Positions 37,648 through 46,975 of a stretch of 64,000 bases of DNA are shown here, in pieces. The position numbers and the translations under genes are program-made. The notes below the pieces were generated by a model. The model was not told where the DNA came from. It did not search any database and was given only the letters and a program-made list of their open reading frames with translations. Within the stretch, counting starts at the first letter, position 1. Every line of letters begins with the position of its first letter. The DNA lies in the sequence record PQ182779.1. One strand, written 5' to 3'.

Positions 37648-40059
37648 ATGTTAAATCGTTTAGTCCAACCGGCAGGTTCCACCGGGGAACTTTTAAGTAA
37701 AAAGATAAGAAACCAAATATATGGTTTTTCTGACGAAGATATTTTTATACTTAAGATTGGTGAAACAATCCCCTCAATTAAAAATATTGTATTTTATCAC
37801 GAGGAAAGTGATCAGTACTTTCAATCCTCTGACGCAACGGGTATTATATCAAGTTTTTCTCTTTCGACAGATAACATTTTACAACTGGCGACTAGCGTAG
37901 GAAGTTTTGCGATACCTGCATTGAGGACCTTACAGGAAATAGACGGTCAACTTCTTATTTCGCCATTAGCACTAACTTATGGTATCTCGACTTCCGAAAT
38001 CGCAATTCTACGTCGTGATATTTCTTTAGACGGAATAACCGTTGCAGCTAGCGACGAGACCTTTAGAAGCTATTACGTCGGTTCAGTCAGCGGTAATATA
38101 CTGGACTTTACTGAGACTAATGACGGTTTAAGTTTAATAACTTCAAATGGCAGTTATTTGTTACCGGATGCAAAAACAATTTTAAGTTTTAGCGGCGTAT
38201 CATTAAATGCCGCATTGTTCGGTGTACACGCTACCACAGAGACGGGTTTTAGCAATTTCGATTCCACTGTTCAGTTAAACCGTGCGTTTGAATTTGCAAA
38301 GGCTAATGGGATAACGAAGGTAATTTCCCCGTCCCCTATTTATTTATCTTCTGAATACGGTCGTTTTCAGGGACCTGGGGACGACGGTACTGTTTATCCA
38401 GGGTGGGTAAGCGCAGGAACAGACACAATTATTAATGCTGAAACCGTTCAGACGATCCCGTATTGTGTTAAAATTCCTGGCGGGATCTCATTTTCCGCGG
38501 CGGACAATCAACCGGTTGCAATAAACGGACCATGGTTAGTTGGTTCATCTCCCGTGAATAAAGACCAGTTGGTTTGTATTTTCCAAACATCTGGCAATAA
38601 ATATAACGGTACAGTTTCAAGTAAGATTAACGTCAAGATCACTGGTTTTATGGTAGGAAGGATAGTTGAAGGGACATTAGTCAACGGTGAAGATTCAGTA
38701 AGTTATTGGAGTTGTGGTATAGCAGAAATTATAGAGGGCGTAGAAAGAATTCATTATCTTTACGTCAACTTAAATAACTGCATAGCCGGAATTATCCACG
38801 GCGGGTGGTGGACTATGCGCTCACGTACCCAAAGCTGGGCTTATATGCCGGGGTCCTACGGGGATTACCCTAATAACTATACCTATAACGGAACGACCGG
38901 TGGCGCGCGAGACGTTTTCCCTTTAGGTTGGACGGATTTCTGTAAAATTGATTGGATAATAGGTGAGCAATACAGAGCTGCTTATGCCACCAGAGCTTTG
39001 TTAATAGACCAATTCTTCGATTCATTCTTTTATAAAGATTCAAACTCAGCATTAACAAGTGCTGGCGGGAGGGCATCGAACACCACTGCTGGAACAGCGG
39101 CGGTCTTCCCTAGTTATCGCGGTGTAGCCGGAAGAATGCTTTCTGTTCTTTCTCGATATGGTCGCCCAGGTTCAGGGTATCAAATTGACTTTGCAAAAAC
39201 CTTTTATCAACACCGCACGCCCTTTTATTCTTCAGAAGGTATAGGGTCTGTAGGTTACTACATCGGCAACATTGTAGCCGAAGGGATCGGTTGCACCGAT
39301 CCTAATTTAGGTTTGGTTACGGGTAATTACTTTGGTAAAGACTATCAGGATCCTTATCGCACCGCAAACTATGGTATTGGGTATATGTGCGCCCAAGGTT
39401 TTTATATTCGGGGATGGTCAGGTGGGTCAAACTGCCAAAAAGTAAGGATCACAAGTACTGATTTGAACCAACCAGGATCATTTAACCTTAACCCTATTTA
39501 TCATGGACAAGGTGCGGGAGGAAGTAACCCGATTTTGTTCCGTATTTCAATGTTTGATGAAGCGGTCAATGGTGGTTATCGGGTTCCTTACACCTTCCAA
39601 GAAACAGGGGTACTCTTACCAACGGGCGGTACCGGGAATACAGAAATGTTCAATATTTCTGTTGGGAATACTAAGAGTGCAACTGTAACAATTGGATCTA
39701 CAACTATTACAGGATTAGGGACAAATAAAATTAACTACCGTCAATACGGTAAGCTAATTAAATTCCGATTGATTCTCTTCATAAACGGCGAATACACCTA
39801 TCCTGCTGGAAATATTAACATTACAGGTCTACCGTCGCCATTAGCAGGTACTGAAAGTTACTATCAATTATCTGTAAATCAAATAGTATCAATCCCAAAC
39901 ACCAAAGTACCTACTGCCCGTTTTGTCGATGTTAATACTATCTCGTTTTATGATGGTGTTGGGTCGACTAGATTGGACGGGTCAGTAATGAACAGTAACG
40001 CTAACGGTAAAGCGAATTATTTCTACATTGACATCAGTGGTGAATATGAAACTGCTTGA
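37648..40059 (+). CDS. Tailspike / putative capsule depolymerase J (803 aa, QPxG peptide, duplicated head domain)
   Basis: N-terminus MLNRLVQPAG, two tandem copies of the head domain, then NAALFGV...DSTVQLNRAF. Confidence 0.83.
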   Translation: MLNRLVQPAGSTGELLSKKIRNQIYGFSDEDIFILKIGETIPSIKNIVFYHEESDQYFQSSDATGIISSFSLSTDNILQLATSVGSFAIPALRTLQEIDGQLLISPLALTYGISTSEIAILRRDISLDGITVAASDETFRSYYVGSVSGNILDFTETNDGLSLITSNGSYLLPDAKTILSFSGVSLNAALFGVHATTETGFSNFDSTVQLNRAFEFAKANGITKVISPSPIYLSSEYGRFQGPGDDGTVYPGWVSAGTDTIINAETVQTIPYCVKIPGGISFSAADNQPVAINGPWLVGSSPVNKDQLVCIFQTSGNKYNGTVSSKINVKITGFMVGRIVEGTLVNGEDSVSYWSCGIAEIIEGVERIHYLYVNLNNCIAGIIHGGWWTMRSRTQSWAYMPGSYGDYPNNYTYNGTTGGARDVFPLGWTDFCKIDWIIGEQYRAAYATRALLIDQFFDSFFYKDSNSALTSAGGRASNTTAGTAAVFPSYRGVAGRMLSVLSRYGRPGSGYQIDFAKTFYQHRTPFYSSEGIGSVGYYIGNIVAEGIGCTDPNLGLVTGNYFGKDYQDPYRTANYGIGYMCAQGFYIRGWSGGSNCQKVRITSTDLNQPGSFNLNPIYHGQGAGGSNPILFRISMFDEAVNGGYRVPYTFQETGVLLPTGGTGNTEMFNISVGNTKSATVTIGSTTITGLGTNKINYRQYGKLIKFRLILFINGEYTYPAGNINITGLPSPLAGTESYYQLSVNQIVSIPNTKVPTARFVDVNTISFYDGVGSTRLDGSVMNSNANGKANYFYIDISGEYETA

Positions 40060-40076
40060 TTCCCATTCTTTTTCAC

Positions 40077-40087
40077 ATCTATATTAC
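40077..40087 (+). promoter_or_regulatory. Putative early promoter ATCTATATTAC
   Basis: Contains an exact TATATTAC; lies after tailspike J. Confidence 0.7.
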
Positions 40088-40229
40088 AATTGTGAAGAGG
40101 AAATAAGACCCCCTCCGATTACTCCTATTTAACCGTTTCTCACAGTGCCGGTTAATAACGAGACATTCATTTTAATTTATAAGTTCGGGGACTTCGGTCC
40201 CTGTCTTATTTCACCTTTAAGGGTCAACT

Positions 40230-40475
40230 ATGTTTACTCCCCGTTTAGCGCTCTTAGAGAGCCTACAAGAGACAATCTTATTCGTCCCTGACGAGAACCT
40301 ACCTTTATTAAACGAAGCCGCTCTGTTGCTCTCAGAGCTTCTCCCGCCGTGGGACAATAAAGCCGCTTACATCACCCCCGTAGAAAACGCACTCACTGAC
40401 GCCCATCAATTCGGTAAAATCGTAGAAGATTATTTCTACCCTGCCGAAGACATCCTGAAAAACAATATAGACTAG
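40230..40475 (+). CDS. Hypothetical early protein (81 aa)
   Basis: Downstream of the early promoter at 40077, RBS AAGGG, followed by a terminator. Confidence 0.7.
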   Translation: MFTPRLALLESLQETILFVPDENLPLLNEAALLLSELLPPWDNKAAYITPVENALTDAHQFGKIVEDYFYPAEDILKNNID

Positions 40476-40506
40476 AAAGGAAAGGGGACTAACCCCTTTC
40501 CTTTCT
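40474..40506. terminator. Bidirectional terminator
   Basis: AGAAAGGAAAGGGG-ACTAA-CCCCTTTCCTTTCT between convergent ORFs. Confidence 0.78.
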
Positions 40507-40514
40507 GTGTTCTT

Positions 40515-40727
40515 TTATGCGTCGATCGTGTCTACTACGTGCAGGAAACCGTCGGTGTCCTTGGCCAGAAAACGACCGATTGCTGGTTTATGTTTCTGGA
40601 CAAACCAATCCAGAAATGTTTCATTTGCCCCATCTTCGAAAATGAGCGTGACCGCATTCGGGTCAATTTTACTGCGGGTAATCTCAACAATCTTTTGCGC
40701 TGTGGTGGGAATGATTGAATAGTTCAT
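40515..40727 (-). CDS. Hypothetical protein (70 aa)
   Basis: Convergent with 40230..40475 at a bidirectional hairpin. Confidence 0.6.
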   Translation of the reverse strand: MNYSIIPTTAQKIVEITRSKIDPNAVTLIFEDGANETFLDWFVQKHKPAIGRFLAKDTDGFLHVVDTIDA

Positions 40728-40815
40728 CGCTACTTATGCCTTGTTCATTTTAGGTGTTAACATAGCAATATACCGCCTGTTTTTCTTGACTACCCCAAAT
40801 CTATTTTTAAGTAAA

Positions 40816-40825
40816 CTTTCTATGA
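40816..40825 (+). promoter_or_regulatory. Putative late promoter CTTTCTATGA
   Basis: TATG at 40821. Confidence 0.45.
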
Positions 40826-40848
40826 TAACGACCAATAAGGAAGACAAG

Positions 40849-41178
40849 ATGCAGGTTATTACAAGAGAAACAATTCTCAATGTGTTAATGAAAGAATGGC
40901 AAGAAAAGGTGGGTCGAGTACTCTTTAAACTCCGCGACAGTTACCCTGGTAACAATTGCGATTTACTGGGCCGACAACTCATTATCGCACTCAATCTGAA
41001 AACCGGCACATCCGGAATGTACAACGGTGTTCTTTATAATGTAGTTGGGAAACTTACCAACGACACAACCCTGACGCTTTACTTTATGCAACCCTATGCG
41101 GCGACTGAGCTGATCCCTGTCGATCTGACTGTCGTTGACGCACTCTTTATTAAACGCACCCAGGAGGACTGGAAATGA
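40849..41178 (+). CDS. Hypothetical protein (MQVITRE...)
   Basis: The likely start is ATG 40849 after AAGGAAG; TATGA motif at 40821. Confidence 0.7.
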   Translation: MQVITRETILNVLMKEWQEKVGRVLFKLRDSYPGNNCDLLGRQLIIALNLKTGTSGMYNGVLYNVVGKLTNDTTLTLYFMQPYAATELIPVDLTVVDALFIKRTQEDWK

Positions 41179-41582
41179 CAAATCGCACTATCCTGAAATT
41201 CAGTACCGACGAAGAGACTTTCGAAGTCATCGACAACGACGGCCGTCCGGTAGACCCACTCGACCTTTCTGAAACATTAGAAAGTGTCAACGAACAATTA
41301 GGGTTTGAACTCTATAAAACGGATGTCAACGATAAGACCGCTGACGGAGAAGAACTCACGGTGGTTGCCGTTACTGAGAATGACTCAGGGGCGGTGACCG
41401 AAACGCTGATCGAAGAAGGGAACAACGTCTTTGCTGCTACACTGGCTGAGAAAGGCTGGTTCATGGAAGAAGCTGACAACAAGATCATCGATGAACTTGA
41501 CGACAGCGAGGAAGAGGATTGGGACGACTACGACGATGACGATTACCAATCTGTGCCGGAAGACTTCGAAGACGATGAATAA
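41175..41582 (+). CDS. Highly acidic hypothetical protein (135 aa)
   Basis: ATGA overlap with the previous gene, RBS GGAGG and a D/E-rich tail. Confidence 0.75.
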   Translation: MTNRTILKFSTDEETFEVIDNDGRPVDPLDLSETLESVNEQLGFELYKTDVNDKTADGEELTVVAVTENDSGAVTETLIEEGNNVFAATLAEKGWFMEEADNKIIDELDDSEEEDWDDYDDDDYQSVPEDFEDDE

Positions 41583-41586
41583 TTCC

Positions 41587-41618
41587 CAGGAGAAGAGAGC
41601 AGACGCTCTCTTCTCCTG
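41587..41618 (+). terminator. Hairpin / terminator
   Basis: CAGGAGAAGAGAGC-AGAC-GCTCTCTTCTCCTG. Confidence 0.7.
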
Positions 41619-41656
41619 TTGTCTCCTTCTCGCGCTTTTCTTTTTTATCCCAAAAC

Positions 41657-41667
41657 CTTTCTATGAC
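41657..41667 (+). promoter_or_regulatory. Putative late promoter CTTTCTATGAC for the fibre pair
   Basis: TATG at 41662, after a terminator. Confidence 0.55.
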
Positions 41668-41708
41668 TCGTACTTTAACCGCCCCGTATAATGAGGGATG
41701 AATTGAAA

Positions 41709-43751
41709 ATGGTTGATTTAAAACAGACCCCAAAACAGATTGCCGTTGACCTGATTAACGAAGCAAACGGGACATTGTACACGACTTCGTCAATCTCGTT
41801 AGGTACACCCGCTGTTAACACCACCGTCGTTAACGGATTGAATACGACGATTAACGTCACTAACGGCTCGTCCCTGCAATCACTCGGTGTAACATTACAG
41901 TATAATCGCCTGAGCTTTAAAACGCTATTGGCCCGACCCTACTGTCAACTGGAAGACTATAACCTTTCTCGTATCGTTGATTTAATCCCGTACCTGAACG
42001 AGAAATACCAACTCGCTCTAACTACTACTGATCTTGTAGATGGCCCGTATCGCCCCGACGACATTGCCACTGGCGTCAGAAAGATCACAGTCAGTGTGGT
42101 AGATAACCACCTTGTGTATACCGGTAGCGTAACTATCTATCTCGGCAAACAAGAGGCGGTTTACCAGTATTTCAATGCGTTACAATTTACCGTAGGAAGT
42201 GACTATAACACCCTCAGCTTTTTAGGCGGTCACTGGAAACTGGCTGGGAAAGACATCGTTGACGTCAGTCGTACCCTTTCGCAACGTTCCGGATTAACTG
42301 CGCTTTATCTTTCCCCCACTGGGAAAATTATCCCGGCAATCGACTATCACCCAAACAGCAAGAACACGTTGATAGGACGTTTCCGCAACGGTCGTCTGCT
42401 GGAGACCTTAGGGGTCAACGGCGAAACGTCTTACGATGCCTCGGGTAACTTACTTCCTAAAGTACCAACATTACCGTCTCAACTTGCAGTGATCCCTGAA
42501 ACGTTAGGGTTAACAGCGTCGTTGAATGCGGGGACATTGACCTACTCTCTGGGCTTCGACGTCACCAGTAAACGTGCCGGTACAGGTACAGTGGTCTTCG
42601 TTGATGTCAAAGACGGTTCCGACACCAATGACGGTTCGACCGCAGCGACTGCGTTCAAAACCTTCCGTCGAGCGATAAACAGACTACCTGCTGCCAGGGT
42701 TATTCGCGTAAAAGGTTACGCGGATCTTTACTACGACGCTGATTCTGGCTGGACACAAACCATTCGCCAACGTACGGTCGATATTATCGGTTACGGGGAC
42801 GTTAACCCTACCTTTACCTCCACCCGTCAAAGTACTGATTGGTCAGGGTACGATGCCAACACCTGGTACAGTAAAATCAGTGACATTGCTGCCGTGGTAG
42901 ACAAAACGGTATACAGTGATGCCGGGTACGGGAGAATGACTGCTAAGACCTCGATTGCTGACTGTGCGAACACCCCGCACTCGTATTACATCGACAACAC
43001 CAATAATCGGGTCTACGTTCGATTAACCGATAGCCGCAAGCCTGACAATAACGTTTACCTGATTGCAAAAACGCTCTCAGGGTCAGTCGCCGATGCGGGT
43101 AACGTGTTCATGGAGAAATGTAATTTTGATCTCTCCTACAATGGCTTTATCGCGGACATGACCACACCGAGAACTTACGGGTATCTGTACATGAACGCCT
43201 GTCGGTTCGGGTGGACGTTCAAGGGCCCATCCTTCGGAAGCTACGGTTACAACGTTGCACACCAAGACTGTATTGCACAATTTGGTTTCAGTGGCGGATT
43301 CAGTTACAACAGTGACCGTGTATTACCTGCGATGAACAGTAAGTATTGGATCGTGGAGAATAGAGCAACAGTCAGTTACTGCGGCTTTGATAGTAACCAT
43401 ACCTCTGCGGCTTCCGGTCTCTCTGCGTACGGAACAATTCTGCGTCTGAACTCCGTATACAGCCATTGTGACGGTTCTCACGTCAAAGACTCCGGTGAAG
43501 GAACGTTCTCAGTGAATATCGCTTGCCAGTCCAATAACGTGACGAACACGTTGAGTAATCTGGCGCACTTTACCACCGGTGCGAATGCGACGACCGTTGC
43601 ATCTGCTCAGTACTGGAGTTGTAAAGGGGATAACTCGGCGTTCTCGTTCATTCCAAACGGAGTAGGGAAAATCGCCCTGTTCGATACCGACATTGGCACT
43701 AAACCGGCCACGCAGCTTCTGACCCCGTATCAATTCATTTATACCGCTTAA
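41709..43751 (+). CDS. Baseplate-anchored tail fibre/structural protein with a pectin-lyase-like C-terminal part
   Basis: N-terminal YNRL...DLIPYLNEKYQLAL domain, then VFVDVKDGSDTNDGS...FKTFRRAI (DUF1565-like). The start is 41709 or 41691. Confidence 0.75.
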   Translation: MVDLKQTPKQIAVDLINEANGTLYTTSSISLGTPAVNTTVVNGLNTTINVTNGSSLQSLGVTLQYNRLSFKTLLARPYCQLEDYNLSRIVDLIPYLNEKYQLALTTTDLVDGPYRPDDIATGVRKITVSVVDNHLVYTGSVTIYLGKQEAVYQYFNALQFTVGSDYNTLSFLGGHWKLAGKDIVDVSRTLSQRSGLTALYLSPTGKIIPAIDYHPNSKNTLIGRFRNGRLLETLGVNGETSYDASGNLLPKVPTLPSQLAVIPETLGLTASLNAGTLTYSLGFDVTSKRAGTGTVVFVDVKDGSDTNDGSTAATAFKTFRRAINRLPAARVIRVKGYADLYYDADSGWTQTIRQRTVDIIGYGDVNPTFTSTRQSTDWSGYDANTWYSKISDIAAVVDKTVYSDAGYGRMTAKTSIADCANTPHSYYIDNTNNRVYVRLTDSRKPDNNVYLIAKTLSGSVADAGNVFMEKCNFDLSYNGFIADMTTPRTYGYLYMNACRFGWTFKGPSFGSYGYNVAHQDCIAQFGFSGGFSYNSDRVLPAMNSKYWIVENRATVSYCGFDSNHTSAASGLSAYGTILRLNSVYSHCDGSHVKDSGEGTFSVNIACQSNNVTNTLSNLAHFTTGANATTVASAQYWSCKGDNSAFSFIPNGVGKIALFDTDIGTKPATQLLTPYQFIYTA

Positions 43752-43767
43752 CTGGGGCGAATTTAAA

Positions 43768-45837
43768 ATGACAGATTTCTCGTTAAAAAGTAAAGCGCTT
43801 CTGGTTCGTCAGCTGAACACGCAGTACGACGCCTTTTTTAAAGAAAGCGATTTGGATTTCATCAACCTCACTGCCCTGACGACCGGGAATTTTAACACGC
43901 GTATCACCGCGGTAGCGACCGATGCAGGTGACTATCGTGATTCAGCAGTCTTTGATTACAACCGGGTCAATCTCAATAAAGTCCTGACCGAGCCCGTGGT
44001 GTTCATGTCTACTGCCGGAATATTCACGGCCGAAGATATCGTTGCCCGTCTGAATACGTTGTACGGTCTACAGCTGGACATGACCGATATCAAACAGGAA
44101 GTCTTCATCCCCACTGCGTTGACAACCACGATCGGTGTCTTTACACTGAAAACCGTTGCCAGTTCATTGATGTACATCGGGACACTCGAAGTTTATTTCG
44201 GTCAGGAAACCACGATTCGTGATTGGCTCCGTACCCCGTACCAACTTTATCAGTCAGACGGTAAAACCTTTACGCTCTCCGGGAAAAGCCGAGTTAACGG
44301 CGAAAACTTTGTGGTTGGGAAGCAAGGGAGTTTCTCACCGACTACCTCGAATGCTGGGGTTATTTTAGGGAATGACGGGTCGTTGTCAATGACTCAAAGT
44401 TCGCTACAATCGGGTAATACAGTGGCTCGTTTCCGCGCTGGGCAATTACTGGAACTGACCGGCCCTTCTTACGAGACCAGTTACGACAGTGCAAATAACT
44501 GTTTGCCGGTAGTTCCTAAACTCCCTGCGGTTTTTGATCCACTCGCTGCGGTCTTCCCTTACGAGGGGGCGTTGGCCCAGGGACTGATGCGGTTCTCAAC
44601 CGACTTTGATCTGAGTGAATGGTACTTCCCCTACGGGATGGTCTACTACGTTGACTCTGATCTCGGCGCAGACGGGAATGATGGAAGTGAAGCTAACCCA
44701 CTGAAAACCCTTAACGCTGCAATTGATAAATCGCCTATTGCCACCAGTATCGTCGTGAAGGGCTCTAAACCGTTCTTCGTTCAACGTACAGTGAATGACC
44801 GTAAGATCGGTATCTATGGCACAGGTGGCACCGTACCAACCTTTACGGGCGATCTGGGGATCACTAACTGGTCGCTTTACTCCGACTCTAACGTTGTCTA
44901 TCAATATTTAGCAACGGGTCTAAGTATCGCCGGTGTCTTTGATTACGGTACGTTAGACAGTAACGGGTTACCTAAACGCTTAGTGGAAGTAGACGGTCCT
45001 GCTGCGGTAGTGGCCACAGTAGGAAGCTACTGCGTGACGTCCACTGCGATTATTGTTCAGACGTCGAATAGCCGTAAACCTGACAGTAACGTTAAAGTCG
45101 TTGTGAGGAACACGGGACTGAATTTCACTGGGAACAGTACAATTTACGTCTCCAATGTGAAAGTCTCTGATACCGACATTGGTTTGGGTGCTGAGTCTGT
45201 GGCGATCAACGCGAAGCCGTCTTTATGGTTGAAGGGCGTGGAGGTTACCGGAACCTGTTCAACGGCGTGTCTGAACAACTACGGGGCTGAGGTCTTCTCT
45301 CAAGATTGCAATTTCAGCAACGGCGGGACTTACGGTACCTATCACGGCAGTGACCGTCAGACAATTCCGTTGGGGGTACAAGGCACGTTCCTCGAAGTCA
45401 GTTGCGTATCCGAGAATCACTTCGGTTCGGGTAATGGACAAAAACGTGGGTCGTTAGTAGGGCCGGGTGTAATTGGGATTCGATTCAAATCGACTTACCG
45501 AAATGTAGACGGTTACCCTATCGAAGAGTACGGACTGAATACCTTCGTGGCTCACCTCGAAACGATCGCTAACGGCAACCAAAGCACCGACAGCATTAAA
45601 GGTGCATTGTATGTCGTCGGGAAAGATACGGTAGGTTCTAACGTTTACGGTAGAGGGGCGTCTTATTTCTACAGCTGTAGTTACGACAACGGCGTGAAGT
45701 CCAGCTTCCAAACGTACGGTAGCGGCGAGATTCATCTCTACAATACGCCGATCGGTGCGGTAGCACAGTACAGCAAACCTAACCCTTACCGGTTCATTTA
45801 CACCAGTCGTCAGATTACTGATTACGAAACCGCTTAA
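43768..45837 (+). CDS. Baseplate-anchored tail fibre/structural protein, paralog of 41709..43751
   Basis: Same architecture: YNRV...LNTLYGLQL; ETSYDS...LPVVPKLP; YYVDSDLGADGNDGSEANPLKTLNAAI. Confidence 0.75.
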   Translation: MTDFSLKSKALLVRQLNTQYDAFFKESDLDFINLTALTTGNFNTRITAVATDAGDYRDSAVFDYNRVNLNKVLTEPVVFMSTAGIFTAEDIVARLNTLYGLQLDMTDIKQEVFIPTALTTTIGVFTLKTVASSLMYIGTLEVYFGQETTIRDWLRTPYQLYQSDGKTFTLSGKSRVNGENFVVGKQGSFSPTTSNAGVILGNDGSLSMTQSSLQSGNTVARFRAGQLLELTGPSYETSYDSANNCLPVVPKLPAVFDPLAAVFPYEGALAQGLMRFSTDFDLSEWYFPYGMVYYVDSDLGADGNDGSEANPLKTLNAAIDKSPIATSIVVKGSKPFFVQRTVNDRKIGIYGTGGTVPTFTGDLGITNWSLYSDSNVVYQYLATGLSIAGVFDYGTLDSNGLPKRLVEVDGPAAVVATVGSYCVTSTAIIVQTSNSRKPDSNVKVVVRNTGLNFTGNSTIYVSNVKVSDTDIGLGAESVAINAKPSLWLKGVEVTGTCSTACLNNYGAEVFSQDCNFSNGGTYGTYHGSDRQTIPLGVQGTFLEVSCVSENHFGSGNGQKRGSLVGPGVIGIRFKSTYRNVDGYPIEEYGLNTFVAHLETIANGNQSTDSIKGALYVVGKDTVGSNVYGRGASYFYSCSYDNGVKSSFQTYGSGEIHLYNTPIGAVAQYSKPNPYRFIYTSRQITDYETA

Positions 45838-45844
45838 TAGTTTA

Positions 45845-45880
45845 GGGAGAGGGCTACGGCTCTCTCCCGGCTATATTTTT
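45845..45880 (+). terminator. Terminator after the fibre pair
   Basis: GGGAGAGGGC-TACG-GCTCTCTCCC. Confidence 0.68.
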
Positions 45881-45937
45881 CAACGGCACACCGACTTTGT
45901 TTGATTAATCACCGTAATAACCTAAGAGAGTTTAAAA

Positions 45938-46525
45938 ATGTCTGAGCCAAAAGAAATCCTGAATTATTTTAAGACCGAAACAGGGGCTATCGTACACCAC
46001 TCCCAGCTGGGATCTACCGTTGATACCGTTCAGCGTTTTCGTATCGCGGACCCGGATCCGCGTCAGTTCATCCCGGCAGAAATTATCTACCATGACTCAC
46101 GCTACGAGACCGAATGGGGTAAACTGGACTACGCGACCCCGGGTTCTGCTGCGGTCGATCTGCGAGCGGCAATCGATGAGCCTCTTGTACTGAATCCGGG
46201 AGAATGCAAGATGATTTCCTCCGGTGTTGCTATTCACCTGAATAACCCGAACTTCATGCTGAATACTCATCCGCGCTCCGGGTTAGGGTACAAGAACGGA
46301 ATTGTTTTGGGTAACCTGACAGGTATTATCGACAGCGACTACCAAAATATCATCGGTATTCCCGCCTGGAACCGTTCTGACGTTCCGTTCACTATCAACC
46401 CCGGTGACCGTATCGCGCAACTGATCGTGGTACCGATCTGGCACCTGGACTTGAAAGAGGTGACCGAGTTCAGCGCATCGTCAGAACGCGGAACTAACGG
46501 CTTTGGTTCCTCCGGCGTTAAATAA
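45938..46525 (+). CDS. dut: Trimeric dUTPase with an N-terminal extension
   Basis: All five motifs are present: GSAAVDL, PRSGLG, GIIDSDY, GDRIAQL, RGTNGFGSSG. Confidence 0.96.
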   Translation: MSEPKEILNYFKTETGAIVHHSQLGSTVDTVQRFRIADPDPRQFIPAEIIYHDSRYETEWGKLDYATPGSAAVDLRAAIDEPLVLNPGECKMISSGVAIHLNNPNFMLNTHPRSGLGYKNGIVLGNLTGIIDSDYQNIIGIPAWNRSDVPFTINPGDRIAQLIVVPIWHLDLKEVTEFSASSERGTNGFGSSGVK

Positions 46526-46546
46526 GTTCTAAAGAGGACATTCCTT

Positions 46547-46975
46547 TTGGAAAAAAATAAAAGAGGGCCTTCGGGCCCTCAATTTTATTACATCGAAAGA
46601 AAATTCTTTCGAGCGATTGAACACCCTGACGCAAAGGGGAGTTGGGTTGTCGTGAATATCAACGGCGCAGTCATTTCTTCTAATGAACTTCCGTTGTGTT
46701 ACCCAGGGCCGAACGGAAACCTAGTCGATGCATTAGGTTGTCAGGAATTATTCGCTTATCGTTTTAAAGAAGGTGCAGAAAAAGAAGCAGAGCGTTTAAA
46801 CAATCGTGTTATTACGGGTTTTGAAATAGGTTTTGGTAACACTCGATGGAACCAAGCAAAAGCCGTTTTCAATCAAAGTCCAGTATTACAAATGACGGCG
46901 GGAATGATATTAGCAGGATTTCTTTTTTCTGTTGGTTTTCTCATTCATCAGGGGATAACGGTATGGTGGAAATAA
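46547..46975 (+). CDS. Membrane-anchored hypothetical protein (paralog 1)
   Basis: TTG start with GAGG RBS, C-terminal hydrophobic helix, and similarity to the next gene. Confidence 0.7.
   Translation: MEKNKRGPSGPQFYYIERKFFRAIEHPDAKGSWVVVNINGAVISSNELPLCYPGPNGNLVDALGCQELFAYRFKEGAEKEAERLNNRVITGFEIGFGNTRWNQAKAVFNQSPVLQMTAGMILAGFLFSVGFLIHQGITVWWK

Noticed and set aside
14418-40059. Diversity-generating retroelement or shufflon acting on the spike genes
   Set aside because: I saw no reverse transcriptase, recombinase or near-identical template/variable repeat pair. The similarity between spikes is diverged protein-level homology.
46563-46580. GAGGGCC-TTCG-GGCCCTC hairpin as evidence that ORF 46547 is false
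   Set aside because: The ORF has an RBS and aligns with its paralog from the start. The hairpin probably limits read-through from dut while overlapping coding sequence.
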